DNA of 42,211 nt from a bacterium (GTDB taxonomy: Bacteria > Hydrothermota > 32-111): the NCBI GenBank assembly GCA_046484245.1, contig JAWOBN010000044.1, forward strand, positions 1 through 42,211. The letters run 5' to 3'. The position numbers and the translations under genes were made by a program. A model generated the notes under the pieces. That model saw only the letters and a program-made list of their open reading frames with translations. It searched no databases and was not told the origin of the DNA. Positions 8,390 through 16,946 of the stretch are shown one piece after another; positions within the stretch are counted from its first letter, which is position 1; each line of letters starts with the position of its first letter.

Positions 8390-9028
8390 TTAAGAAAGAT
8401 AACTTCTCTCAATGCCCAGGATTATCCTCAGTGAAACACCAACTGCCCCGAGTGCTATTCCTATGATAATACCGCGTTTTGCAGCCATCTGCGGAACAGA
8501 CATTATCCATTCAGTGAGAGCAGGCACAGCAGGAATAAATCTGTCCGAAATGGGAACCCTGCCGAGCATTACAATTATTGCAGTGATAAGAAGCAGTGTG
8601 GCGTCTGTATTGCGCGCCCTGAATGCCCTGTATGCAGCTGATGCTATGAAGAATGCAAGCAGCGAGAACATTGTTGACTGAAGGGGGATTATCATATGAT
8701 TGTAGATGTACATGAAACTCGTATTTGTATTGAATGCATTGCCTGTCCTGACAGTGCCGACAATTCCTGTAGTTACTATGACAGCAAATGCAATGAATAC
8801 AACAATTGAATATTCCCAGTTATTCTCCTTTCTCTTCAGCTTTTTAATGTGGGACCTGAGGAGTGAATCCACTCCAAGCAGCATTGTAAATCCGGCTATA
8901 ATTGAATACCATCTCAGGGCTGTCTGCTCAAATTCTCCGAATGGTGAATGGGGTATAAAGAAGGTTACAATTATTATCACACCTGTAAGGAATGTGATTG
9001 TCAGTGGTATGCCTTTGCCTTTTATCAT
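8390..9028 (-). CDS. Module subunit B2: multi-TM membrane protein (paralog of 11722-12399)
   Basis: FSLLAFFIASAAYRAFRARNTDATLLL, LGRVPI, LRIILGIERSYL; start set to ATG 9028 behind AGGAGGAG rather than 9058. Confidence 0.88.
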   Translation of the reverse strand: MIKGKGIPLTITFLTGVIIIVTFFIPHSPFGEFEQTALRWYSIIAGFTMLLGVDSLLRSHIKKLKRKENNWEYSIVVFIAFAVIVTTGIVGTVRTGNAFNTNTSFMYIYNHMIIPLQSTMFSLLAFFIASAAYRAFRARNTDATLLLITAIIVMLGRVPISDRFIPAVPALTEWIMSVPQMAAKRGIIIGIALGAVGVSLRIILGIERSYLS

Positions 9029-9036
9029 TTCTCCTC

Positions 9037-10239
9037 CTAAATTATCCTGATGAGCCATTCAAACCAGTTATTGAATATATCAATGCCCATTCCCGGTCCC
9101 AGTATGCCCAGAAGCAGGCCTATGAAGAGAATAATTATGATAAGGACCTTGACCATGTCCTCAGCTACAATAGAGCCGAGCATCAGGGGGTTTTTGTCCA
9201 TGTAAACAGAGGCTGCCATCATTTCCTCTCCTATAAGTGTGTAATCACATGCTGCAACAAAGAACGGAAGCTGCGCTGTTTCAGTGGTGCCTGCAATCTG
9301 AATAGCGCCTATGGAGTGGCCTGTTTCAGCAAGTATCAGTGATTCAGCAAAGAAGAGCCCCTGAAGGAATACTGCTCCGGGTTTCTCCCTCATCATCATT
9401 CCGTCAACACCTGCAGCATACCCGAACTGATCCTGTGTAATATACATGGTGTCTTCCTTCTGATACGCATCCGGTCTGCCCGCCTCTGTGAATGACTCCT
9501 TCACCACTTCCTGTGCTGTAGTCATTACAACAGGGTCATAGCACGGCACAAGGACCCTCGTATCATACTCAGCAGCCTTCTTGGCAACCCTGCTTAAAAT
9601 AGTGAGACCGGCTATTGTGGGAATATCCGTCACATATCCTATGCCCAGTATATACATTATGGGCTTGCCCATTTCAGTGGAGCGGCCCACTGCCTCCTCA
9701 ATGGCATCCAGCCCGCTTATCTTCCTTATGTAGAGTTTTTTCCCCTTCTTTGCCTGCTGAATAAACCAGACAAAGACAAGTGTGATAAATACTACTGCAA
9801 TAAATGAATCTGCCCTGTCTGTATTGAACCACTGCGCCTCGGATTTTGCCGGATTACTGTCCTTTGTCCTGTAATATTTATTGCCGGGACTTGTTATTAT
9901 ACCGTAATATGAATACTCCTTACCATCCACCACATCTGTATCTCGGACCTGTTCCTTGGTAAGCATGAGGTCCTCTGCAACAATACTCTCCTCTTCACCG
10001 TCAATTCTCATTATTGTAATGAGGCCTGACGGCAGATTCTCATTGCACTCCCATCTTACAGTTATTGCACTGCCTGCATCATTGGGTGTATCCTCTGCAA
10101 GCAGGACAATATCCGTGTGTATTGTGTCACTGCCGGCAGTATCAGGGTCAAGCGGCATTGTCCCGGTCTGTCCGTGCAGTGCCGGGAATGCGGCTATAAG
10201 AAGAAGCATTATCAGAAGCAAGTAGCAAAGCTTTTTCAC
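9037..10239 (-). CDS. Module subunit A2: exported Fn3-like N-domain, TM and DUF6754-like domain (paralog of 12409-13614)
   Basis: Signal peptide; IRKISGLDAIEEAVGRSTEMGKP, ESLILAETG, QIAGT, DYTLIGEE motifs. Confidence 0.85.
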   Translation of the reverse strand: MKKLCYLLLIMLLLIAAFPALHGQTGTMPLDPDTAGSDTIHTDIVLLAEDTPNDAGSAITVRWECNENLPSGLITIMRIDGEEESIVAEDLMLTKEQVRDTDVVDGKEYSYYGIITSPGNKYYRTKDSNPAKSEAQWFNTDRADSFIAVVFITLVFVWFIQQAKKGKKLYIRKISGLDAIEEAVGRSTEMGKPIMYILGIGYVTDIPTIAGLTILSRVAKKAAEYDTRVLVPCYDPVVMTTAQEVVKESFTEAGRPDAYQKEDTMYITQDQFGYAAGVDGMMMREKPGAVFLQGLFFAESLILAETGHSIGAIQIAGTTETAQLPFFVAACDYTLIGEEMMAASVYMDKNPLMLGSIVAEDMVKVLIIIILFIGLLLGILGPGMGIDIFNNWFEWLIRII

Positions 10240-10251
10240 TTTACCTCCTAA

Positions 10252-10857
10252 TTATTGTATTACTCCGAGCCAGTCACTCAGCAGGAATTGTATTCTTCCA
10301 ATGAAGAGTGATATCCTCGCCATAATGGTTGCACCGAATGCTGCTCCGAATCCAATCATTATGAATGTTATGCCAACCCTGGAGACCTTGCCTATGAATC
10401 CCTTATGTTCAAGGGAGAAGAAGAAATACACCAGTGTCGTGATAACGCCTATGAGAATTACAATATTGCCCACTGAGAACACAGTAGGCATTGTACCCTG
10501 AACCTGTTTGAAGAGATTCTCAAATGATGAGGGCACTGCCATGCCTGTGCCAGTTCCCACGACAAATGCAATGGGAATCCTTGATATGTATGCCCTGCCC
10601 CTGAAGAGGCGGGAGAACATCAGAAGTCCCAGTATAAGCGGGATTATCACAAGAAAGTTCTTATCCTGCACAAGCGGGTTCCACACCTTGGCAATGATTG
10701 TATTATGCCAGTAAACGGAGAGGAGATAGCCTATTGAAACACCAACAAGTATCTTCTCTGCAATCTTATAGAACACATTGTCTTTATAGAGGAATGAATA
10801 TATTGCAAGTGTTAATAATGCTGCAATCCATACCCATATATTTGTTGATATAGACAT
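10252..10857 (-). CDS. Module subunit D1: multi-TM membrane protein
   Basis: YSFLYKDNVFYKIAE; FGAAFGATIMARISLFIGR. Confidence 0.88.
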   Translation of the reverse strand: MSISTNIWVWIAALLTLAIYSFLYKDNVFYKIAEKILVGVSIGYLLSVYWHNTIIAKVWNPLVQDKNFLVIIPLILGLLMFSRLFRGRAYISRIPIAFVVGTGTGMAVPSSFENLFKQVQGTMPTVFSVGNIVILIGVITTLVYFFFSLEHKGFIGKVSRVGITFIMIGFGAAFGATIMARISLFIGRIQFLLSDWLGVIQ

Positions 10858-10858
10858 A

Positions 10859-11725
10859 TTATTTCTCCTGTTTTTTCTTAATGAAATAGATTATATTGCC
10901 AAGCAGAATGAATATGATGTATGTGAGATGGGCTGATGACTGTGCGTCCATGCCTACTAGCCCGTCATTCCTGCTCTTTGACTTTTCATTGAGCTTGAGC
11001 AGCTGCTCGTATTCAGCTGCACCCTTGAGGCCTCCGAGCATGCCGTTTGCCTGGCCGGAATTCATGTAGATGTAGTATTCTGCCATACTGACAGCAGTTG
11101 TGCCTATTGCCATTTTCTGATCATATCTGCCGTTTGCATATATGATCCATGACAGTATTATGGAACTGCCTGCAAGGTCAACAAGATAGTCAATATCACT
11201 GTAATTATTGACACCTGCCATTATAGGCACTTCATCCAGATCATTACCGTATGCATCTGTATTGAATGTGCCTCTTATATCCTCACCCATTTTGAGTATT
11301 ACTGCAGATACTCCCGGTACATAGGGGAAAAGAGTGATGTCTTTGCCTATCTCCTTTATATTGTCCGGATTGTCATTATTCCATTCCTTGACAGTAGTGG
11401 CAATGATATCCTGTGCAAGACCTGTTCCCTGCGGATACAGACCGAGCATGAATACCCTCAGGTCATTGGCAAATGCATGCGTGACAAGCGCCTTGCCCAT
11501 TGGGTGCAGTTCCGGCATTGTTGACGGGTCATAATCCACACTTATAAGCATAGTGCCGTTTTCCGGTATGGAGTCCTCAACAAAATTGTATATATTGCGC
11601 ACAGGGGTGGTAACTTTCATAGGGCATCCTATTGGTGTTAAAAACGGCACAATAACCACAATTGCCACAATGAGATATATTATCCTCTTATCCAGATTAT
11701 CAAGAAAATCAACTATTCTCATCAT
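10859..11725 (-). CDS. Module subunit C1: membrane-anchored protein
   Basis: ISVDYDPSTMPELHP; SGQANGMLGGLKGAAEYE; MDAQSSAH. Confidence 0.88.
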   Translation of the reverse strand: MMRIVDFLDNLDKRIIYLIVAIVVIVPFLTPIGCPMKVTTPVRNIYNFVEDSIPENGTMLISVDYDPSTMPELHPMGKALVTHAFANDLRVFMLGLYPQGTGLAQDIIATTVKEWNNDNPDNIKEIGKDITLFPYVPGVSAVILKMGEDIRGTFNTDAYGNDLDEVPIMAGVNNYSDIDYLVDLAGSSIILSWIIYANGRYDQKMAIGTTAVSMAEYYIYMNSGQANGMLGGLKGAAEYEQLLKLNEKSKSRNDGLVGMDAQSSAHLTYIIFILLGNIIYFIKKKQEK

Positions 11726-12399
11726 TGTCCACCTCCCAGATAACGTCTTTCAATGCCCAGTATGATCTTGAGGGATGTGGCTATGATGCCGAGCTGTATG
11801 CCTATCTGAATGCCTCTCTGTGCAGCCATATTGGGATAACTCAGAATCCATTCCACCACCTCGGGCATATTGGAGTACATGAACTGGCCTATGGGCACCC
11901 TGCCCAGTGTTACTATGCTTGCAGTAACAAGAAGCAGTGTTGCATCAATACTCCTTGCCCTGAAAGCCCTGAATGCTGCTGACGCCATGTAGAATGCAAG
12001 GAGTGAGAATATTGTTGCCTGCATCGGCGCCTGCAGATATATGTACAGAAACATCAGGGGTGTCTCTGAGTCAGCAGTGAGATTGGGGAACATCTTGAGA
12101 AGCAGGTTTGTTGGTGTATATGCGCCCCCGAAAACACCGAGGAATGTTGTGATGAACAGTGCTGCCAGCACAATAATGGAGAACTGCCAGTCGTCACTCT
12201 TTCTCTTGATCTTGGTGAAATGCATTGATATTGTTGACTGCACTGCAATAAGCATTGTAAATGCAGTGACAATCATCATCCAGTCAAGAATAGTGGTATA
12301 GACATTCTTTGAAAAGGGATGAGGGACAAAGAACTGTATTATCATGCCTATGCCCATGAGCCCTGCTATGAATAATGGTAATTGTCGTCTTAAAAACAT
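11722..12399 (-). CDS. Module subunit B1: multi-TM membrane protein
   Basis: FSLLAFYMASAAFRAFRARSIDATLLL; LKIILGIERRYL. Confidence 0.88.
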   Translation of the reverse strand: MFLRRQLPLFIAGLMGIGMIIQFFVPHPFSKNVYTTILDWMMIVTAFTMLIAVQSTISMHFTKIKRKSDDWQFSIIVLAALFITTFLGVFGGAYTPTNLLLKMFPNLTADSETPLMFLYIYLQAPMQATIFSLLAFYMASAAFRAFRARSIDATLLLVTASIVTLGRVPIGQFMYSNMPEVVEWILSYPNMAAQRGIQIGIQLGIIATSLKIILGIERRYLGGGQ

Positions 12400-12408
12400 A
12401 TGTCTCTC

Positions 12409-13614
12409 CTATGTATTGAATATAAATCTTAAATATTCCATAATTGTTTCCAGGAACTTCACATCCTGACCCATTATGCCGTATATAATAAATACAACAA
12501 AGAACACCAATAGGAATAACAGTAGGAATGCCTTGAGATAATCCTGCGCCTTTATTGAGCCCATAAGCACAGGTTCACCTGAAAGATATGCACTTGCTGC
12601 ATAGAGTTCCTCACCTATTATTGTATAGTCGCAGGATGTAATGAAGAACGGCAGCTGTGTTACTGCATCTGTGCCTGCTATCTGTATTGCTCCTGTTGTA
12701 TTGCCTGTCTCGGAGAGAATCAGTGATTCAGCCCAGAACATGCCGAGGAAGAGATTCGTTGCAGGTTTTTCCCTTACCATTATGCCGTTTACTGCAGCAG
12801 CATAACCGAATTGCGAACTGGTAAGGAAGAATACATCATTCTCATCATAGGCATCAGGCCTGCCTGCTTCTGTATATGCCTCTTTGACAACCTCTTTGGC
12901 AACTGTCATGACAATGGGGTCCCTGTTGGGTACAATGATGCGTGACTCATATTCAGCGACCTTCTTGGCAACAGGCCCCAGTATATTGAGTGATGCAATT
13001 GTTGCAATATCAGACATTGTGGAAAGTCCCGGAACATACAGTATCGGTTTGCCCATTTCAGTTGCTCTTCCTACAGCTTCATCCAGTGCATCAAGACCGG
13101 ATATCTTCCTGAGGAAGAATTCCCTGCCCCTTCTTACTGCCTGTACAAAGAATATGATAAGCCCCATATAAGCAATTATCATCAGAAGGAGTATTGTCTT
13201 GTCCTTCTTGAACCAGTTTGCTTGAGGAGAAACGGGCATTGAGGTAACAGGTTGAGTTGATTCTATGCCGTCCTCATTTACATTAACAATAAAATACGAA
13301 TACTCACCCTTTCTGGACAATAGCTCATCTGTAAACATTGTCTCACTCACAATACCGGGTTTGACAATTGTTGTATCGCCGGTCAGCTGATTGACCCTGT
13401 AGAGGGAATATGTGCCGTCAAAGCGGCTTGCATTCTCCCTCAACTGCCACTCAACAATAAGGGCAGTACCGTCATCATTTTCACAGTCCCTGACATTGAC
13501 AGATTCAATACTGCAGAAATCAAACTCTGTTTTGATACTGTCGGAATCATTCTGAGCAGAGATGAACAGTGAAAACGTCAGTAAAAGAATGATTAAAATT
13601 AATTTACTTTTCAT
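12409..13614 (-). CDS. Module subunit A1: exported Fn3-like N-domain, TM and DUF6754-like domain
   Basis: Signal peptide; LRKISGLDALDEAVGRATEMGKP; DYTIIGEELYAASAYL. Confidence 0.85.
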   Translation of the reverse strand: MKSKLILIILLLTFSLFISAQNDSDSIKTEFDFCSIESVNVRDCENDDGTALIVEWQLRENASRFDGTYSLYRVNQLTGDTTIVKPGIVSETMFTDELLSRKGEYSYFIVNVNEDGIESTQPVTSMPVSPQANWFKKDKTILLLMIIAYMGLIIFFVQAVRRGREFFLRKISGLDALDEAVGRATEMGKPILYVPGLSTMSDIATIASLNILGPVAKKVAEYESRIIVPNRDPIVMTVAKEVVKEAYTEAGRPDAYDENDVFFLTSSQFGYAAAVNGIMVREKPATNLFLGMFWAESLILSETGNTTGAIQIAGTDAVTQLPFFITSCDYTIIGEELYAASAYLSGEPVLMGSIKAQDYLKAFLLLFLLVFFVVFIIYGIMGQDVKFLETIMEYLRFIFNT

Positions 13615-13623
13615 TTTTTCCCC

Positions 13624-14754
13624 TTATTCTTCAATTAATTCAACATTTGCTCTGGGAAGCAGCACTTTCTTGCCTTCTTCAAATTCAACTTCAAGAACTC
13701 TCACCTTGGCTTCTGTTTCAATCTTTTCAAGCTGAGCCGGGAGTGCAGAGACCTTGCCTATTCTGCCGAAATTGGGTTCTCTTATTACCCTCACAACAGA
13801 ACCAATGTCCATGCCGAGTTTGGATTCATGTGTCTTCTCAAAATCCGCACTGTCAATCTCATCATCATGCGTCACAATGAGTTCAGGTCTTAAAACACCT
13901 GCCCTTATCTGCGTTGCACCGTTTATTGAAGCAATGCGGCCATTGTGTTCTTTGAGTATCTCAAATGTCTTGGCAGCCATGTGCATCTCTCCGAAGCCCT
14001 CTGTGATTATCAGTGTAATCCCTTTTTCCTCATTGCCTGTAATAGCAACACCTATCTCCTCGCCGAGGAAATCCTTGAGATCCTTGTCATCTATACCGCC
14101 GACAATAACACCCTTGGCCCGGACTTCAACGCATTTCTTCAAAACAGGAGCTGTGATGAGTGATCCGCCTATGATTATCTTGTCTTTCAGTTCATCCGTG
14201 ATATCATCTTCTTTCAGTACATAATCATGGGAATCAGCAACAACAACTATCTCACCCTGTTCTTCTCCGCCTATTCCGAAAATACCCTGTATGAATGTTG
14301 CAGGGCTCTCCACTGTCACACCCTCGTCTTCAATCATCTCTACTACCCTGCCGTTAATATAAGCATTAACCTCAACAGGTTTGGGCGGATGACGAAGTGT
14401 CATCATGCCTGTTATCTCTGAGAGTGATTCCATAGTCCCGTCAATAGGGGATTTGATCTGTGTCTTGAACAGACCGAAGAATCCGGGTGATTCTCCGATA
14501 ATCTGCCCTTTCTTGACTTCTTCACCCTCTTCAACTGTGAGGAAATTCTTGCATTCCTTTGCTGTAGCGCCTATCTTGCCTGCAAAATTAAGCCTCTCAA
14601 CATCTCCGGGCAATTCTGTCCTTGCCACTACCTGTTCTGCTTTGAGGATATCCCCTTTCTCAACAAGTACATCACCCTTGAGGGGCAGGCGTCTGTCCTT
14701 CCTCACCATTGCCTTCTGAGTTACTTTAAGTCCCGGTGTATATGAATGTGCCAT
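13624..14754 (-). CDS. Conserved hypothetical protein with barrel-sandwich hybrid (biotinyl/lipoyl-like) motifs and KOW-like C-terminus
   Basis: VLVEKGDILKAEQVVA and VEEGEEVKKGQIIG..IKSPIDG half-motifs; C-terminal IGSVVRVIREPNFGRIGKV. Confidence 0.75.
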   Translation of the reverse strand: MAHSYTPGLKVTQKAMVRKDRRLPLKGDVLVEKGDILKAEQVVARTELPGDVERLNFAGKIGATAKECKNFLTVEEGEEVKKGQIIGESPGFFGLFKTQIKSPIDGTMESLSEITGMMTLRHPPKPVEVNAYINGRVVEMIEDEGVTVESPATFIQGIFGIGGEEQGEIVVVADSHDYVLKEDDITDELKDKIIIGGSLITAPVLKKCVEVRAKGVIVGGIDDKDLKDFLGEEIGVAITGNEEKGITLIITEGFGEMHMAAKTFEILKEHNGRIASINGATQIRAGVLRPELIVTHDDEIDSADFEKTHESKLGMDIGSVVRVIREPNFGRIGKVSALPAQLEKIETEAKVRVLEVEFEEGKKVLLPRANVELIEE

Positions 14755-14766
14755 ATATATCCTCCA

Positions 14767-16563
14767 TTACTTTTCAGGATAAAGATTTAATGCTTTATAC
14801 CACTGAACCAGTTTATCTATTCTCTTGCTGTCATCAGACGGCAGATTGAACGGTCTCCTGCCTCTGCAGTCAAGTATCACTCCGGCAATACCGCCTTCCA
14901 GTTCAACTTCAACCTCTTTGCCGTTTCCATTGCCGAGGTCCAGACCCTTTGCAGGTTTGATGACTGCATTTGCCTTCTCTCCTGTCTTCAGGTCAATTCT
15001 TCCGACATTGCCGAAGTCAACAGAGTGTTCATTCTCTCCTATCTTGACATTTATTGCCTCTCTGCCCTCTTTGCCTTTGCCTACAGGAGCCACGCATGAA
15101 CCGAGTCTTATGAGGCAGTCCTTTTCAAAGACCTCTGTGGCTGCTGATTCATGAACTGTTGAAAGCACACCGAGCTGCGGCATCATGAATATGGAGTCCA
15201 CAGTAAGCATTGTAATACCCTCCGGGAGGAATGCATCAACCATCATCATTGCCGACTGCACCCTTCTGGGTGCATGGGAGAGGACTCCGCCTGAACCGAC
15301 AACAATGTCCAGTGTCTCCATATTTACAAGTGACCCCTCAGAACCTGTCTGTTCAAATGCATCAGATATTGTTCTTTCCTTCTGAACGCCTTTAAGGCTC
15401 ACTGCCATTGCCTTGTGATGCTCAAGTGCCAGACGCAGTGCTTCCCTGGCTATTGCCTGCTCAATCTGCAATTCTTCAACAGTTGAAGGTATTGTGGTGG
15501 GCCTTATCATCTTATTTCTTATTCTGTTTCTCAGGTCCTTCTCATCCATCTTGAACGGGACCCATCTCATTATATTTGCAAGACCTGTTTCCTTGACAAC
15601 ATTGGATATGGAATAGCTCATACCGAGATTGGCTGACACTGTCCTGTTGAACTTCTCCTGGAATACGGAGAATACATCTGTTGTTGCTCCGCCGATATCC
15701 ACACCGAGCACTTCAATATTGTCCCTCTTTGCTATGGTCTCTATCAGAAGACCCACTGCACCGGGTGTCGGCATAATCGGCACATCTGTCATTTCCATGA
15801 GCTTCTTGTATCCCGGTGCCTGTGCCATCACATGCTCCATGAAGAGATCATGTATTTTGTCTCTTGCAGGCCCGAGATTCTCTGTTTCCAGTGTCGGCCT
15901 CAAATTATCAACAATATAGAGATCTGTCTGTTCCTCCAGTGACTCCTTGACATTGTCCCTTGCATCCTTATTGCCTGCATAAATTACCGGCAAATTATAG
16001 GTTGAACCGAATCTCGGCTTGGGGTCAGCTGCTTCAATGATCTCTGCAAGCTGTACAACATGTGTCTTTGTCCCGCCGTCAGTTCCTCCTGACAGGAGCA
16101 CCATATCCGGCCTTAATGTACGTATTCTCTTTATTCTTTCATAGTCCTGGCGTTTGTCATTGGATGCAATGACATCCATGACAATGGCACCTGCACCGAG
16201 TGCTGCTCTTGCAGCTGATTCTGCACTCATTCTGTCAACAACACCGGCAACCATCATCTGAAGACCGCCTCCTGCAGATGATGTTGATATATATAAATCA
16301 ACACCCTTCTCCTCGGACGTATCCCCTCTCTTGATTATATTCTCGCCGTCAAGGACAATTGTCTCGGACAATTCCTCAACCTCTTTGATTGCATTGAGGA
16401 CACCCTTTGTGACATCCTCGTACGGTGCTTCCACTGTTGTCGGGGCTTCACCCCTGACAATAAGGCGGTACTCCTCATCAACCTTTTCAATGAGTATTGC
16501 CTTTGTTGTAGTGCTTCCGCAATCAGTAGCAAGGATTCTCAGAATCTTATCTTTATCTTTCAT
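14767..16563 (-). CDS. GlmL/MutL (glutamate mutase L, reactivase-like) family ASKHA ATPase
   Basis: ATDCGSTTTK, STSSAGGGL, LLSGGTDGG, MPTPGAV, VDIGGATTDVFS, RTVSANLGMSYS motifs. Confidence 0.85.
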   Translation of the reverse strand: MKDKDKILRILATDCGSTTTKAILIEKVDEEYRLIVRGEAPTTVEAPYEDVTKGVLNAIKEVEELSETIVLDGENIIKRGDTSEEKGVDLYISTSSAGGGLQMMVAGVVDRMSAESAARAALGAGAIVMDVIASNDKRQDYERIKRIRTLRPDMVLLSGGTDGGTKTHVVQLAEIIEAADPKPRFGSTYNLPVIYAGNKDARDNVKESLEEQTDLYIVDNLRPTLETENLGPARDKIHDLFMEHVMAQAPGYKKLMEMTDVPIMPTPGAVGLLIETIAKRDNIEVLGVDIGGATTDVFSVFQEKFNRTVSANLGMSYSISNVVKETGLANIMRWVPFKMDEKDLRNRIRNKMIRPTTIPSTVEELQIEQAIAREALRLALEHHKAMAVSLKGVQKERTISDAFEQTGSEGSLVNMETLDIVVGSGGVLSHAPRRVQSAMMMVDAFLPEGITMLTVDSIFMMPQLGVLSTVHESAATEVFEKDCLIRLGSCVAPVGKGKEGREAINVKIGENEHSVDFGNVGRIDLKTGEKANAVIKPAKGLDLGNGNGKEVEVELEGGIAGVILDCRGRRPFNLPSDDSKRIDKLVQWYKALNLYPEK

Positions 16564-16946
16564 TGATCCTCCTTCAGATGCTTTTCAGTTTTTTCTTTAT
16601 CTTTATTATTATTATCTTCTTCTTTTTCCTCTTTCTTCTTCCTGTGCTCCTCAGCATCAATACGCTCTATTGCCTCCAGCACTTTCTCAATAGAGTCACG
16701 CTCCTCCAGTATCACAGCAACCTCCCTGTACTGGGAGATATTGAATATGGCAAGCACAATGGGTTCAAAGAATATCATCAGCTGTGAACCGAGATAATTC
16801 ATCGGTTTGACTGATTCAAGGAACATAATGGCAGGTGCTGCAAGACGGCGCTTGACAATACCGTCTGCAATCTTGTTTATGATCTCCGTCTTTCTCTCTT
16901 CGGGTATTTCCTCCGGACTTACAGGATTGTTGTGATTGTCAAACAT
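16560..16946 (-). CDS. Small conserved hypothetical protein
   Basis: 128 aa, overlaps both neighbours; KRRLAAPAIMFLESVKPMNYLGSQ core and charged tail. Confidence 0.8.
   Translation of the reverse strand: MFDNHNNPVSPEEIPEERKTEIINKIADGIVKRRLAAPAIMFLESVKPMNYLGSQLMIFFEPIVLAIFNISQYREVAVILEERDSIEKVLEAIERIDAEEHRKKKEEKEEDNNNKDKEKTEKHLKEDQ

Noticed and set aside
9029..9058. N-terminal extension MAHQDNLGGE of subunit B2
   Set aside because: Overlaps A2 and contains the SD for ATG 9028; paralog B1 lacks it
14767..16563. DNA mismatch repair MutL or a glutamate mutase pathway
   Set aside because: Motifs are ASKHA-type rather than GHKL; no mutase E/S subunit or B12-binding protein in the window
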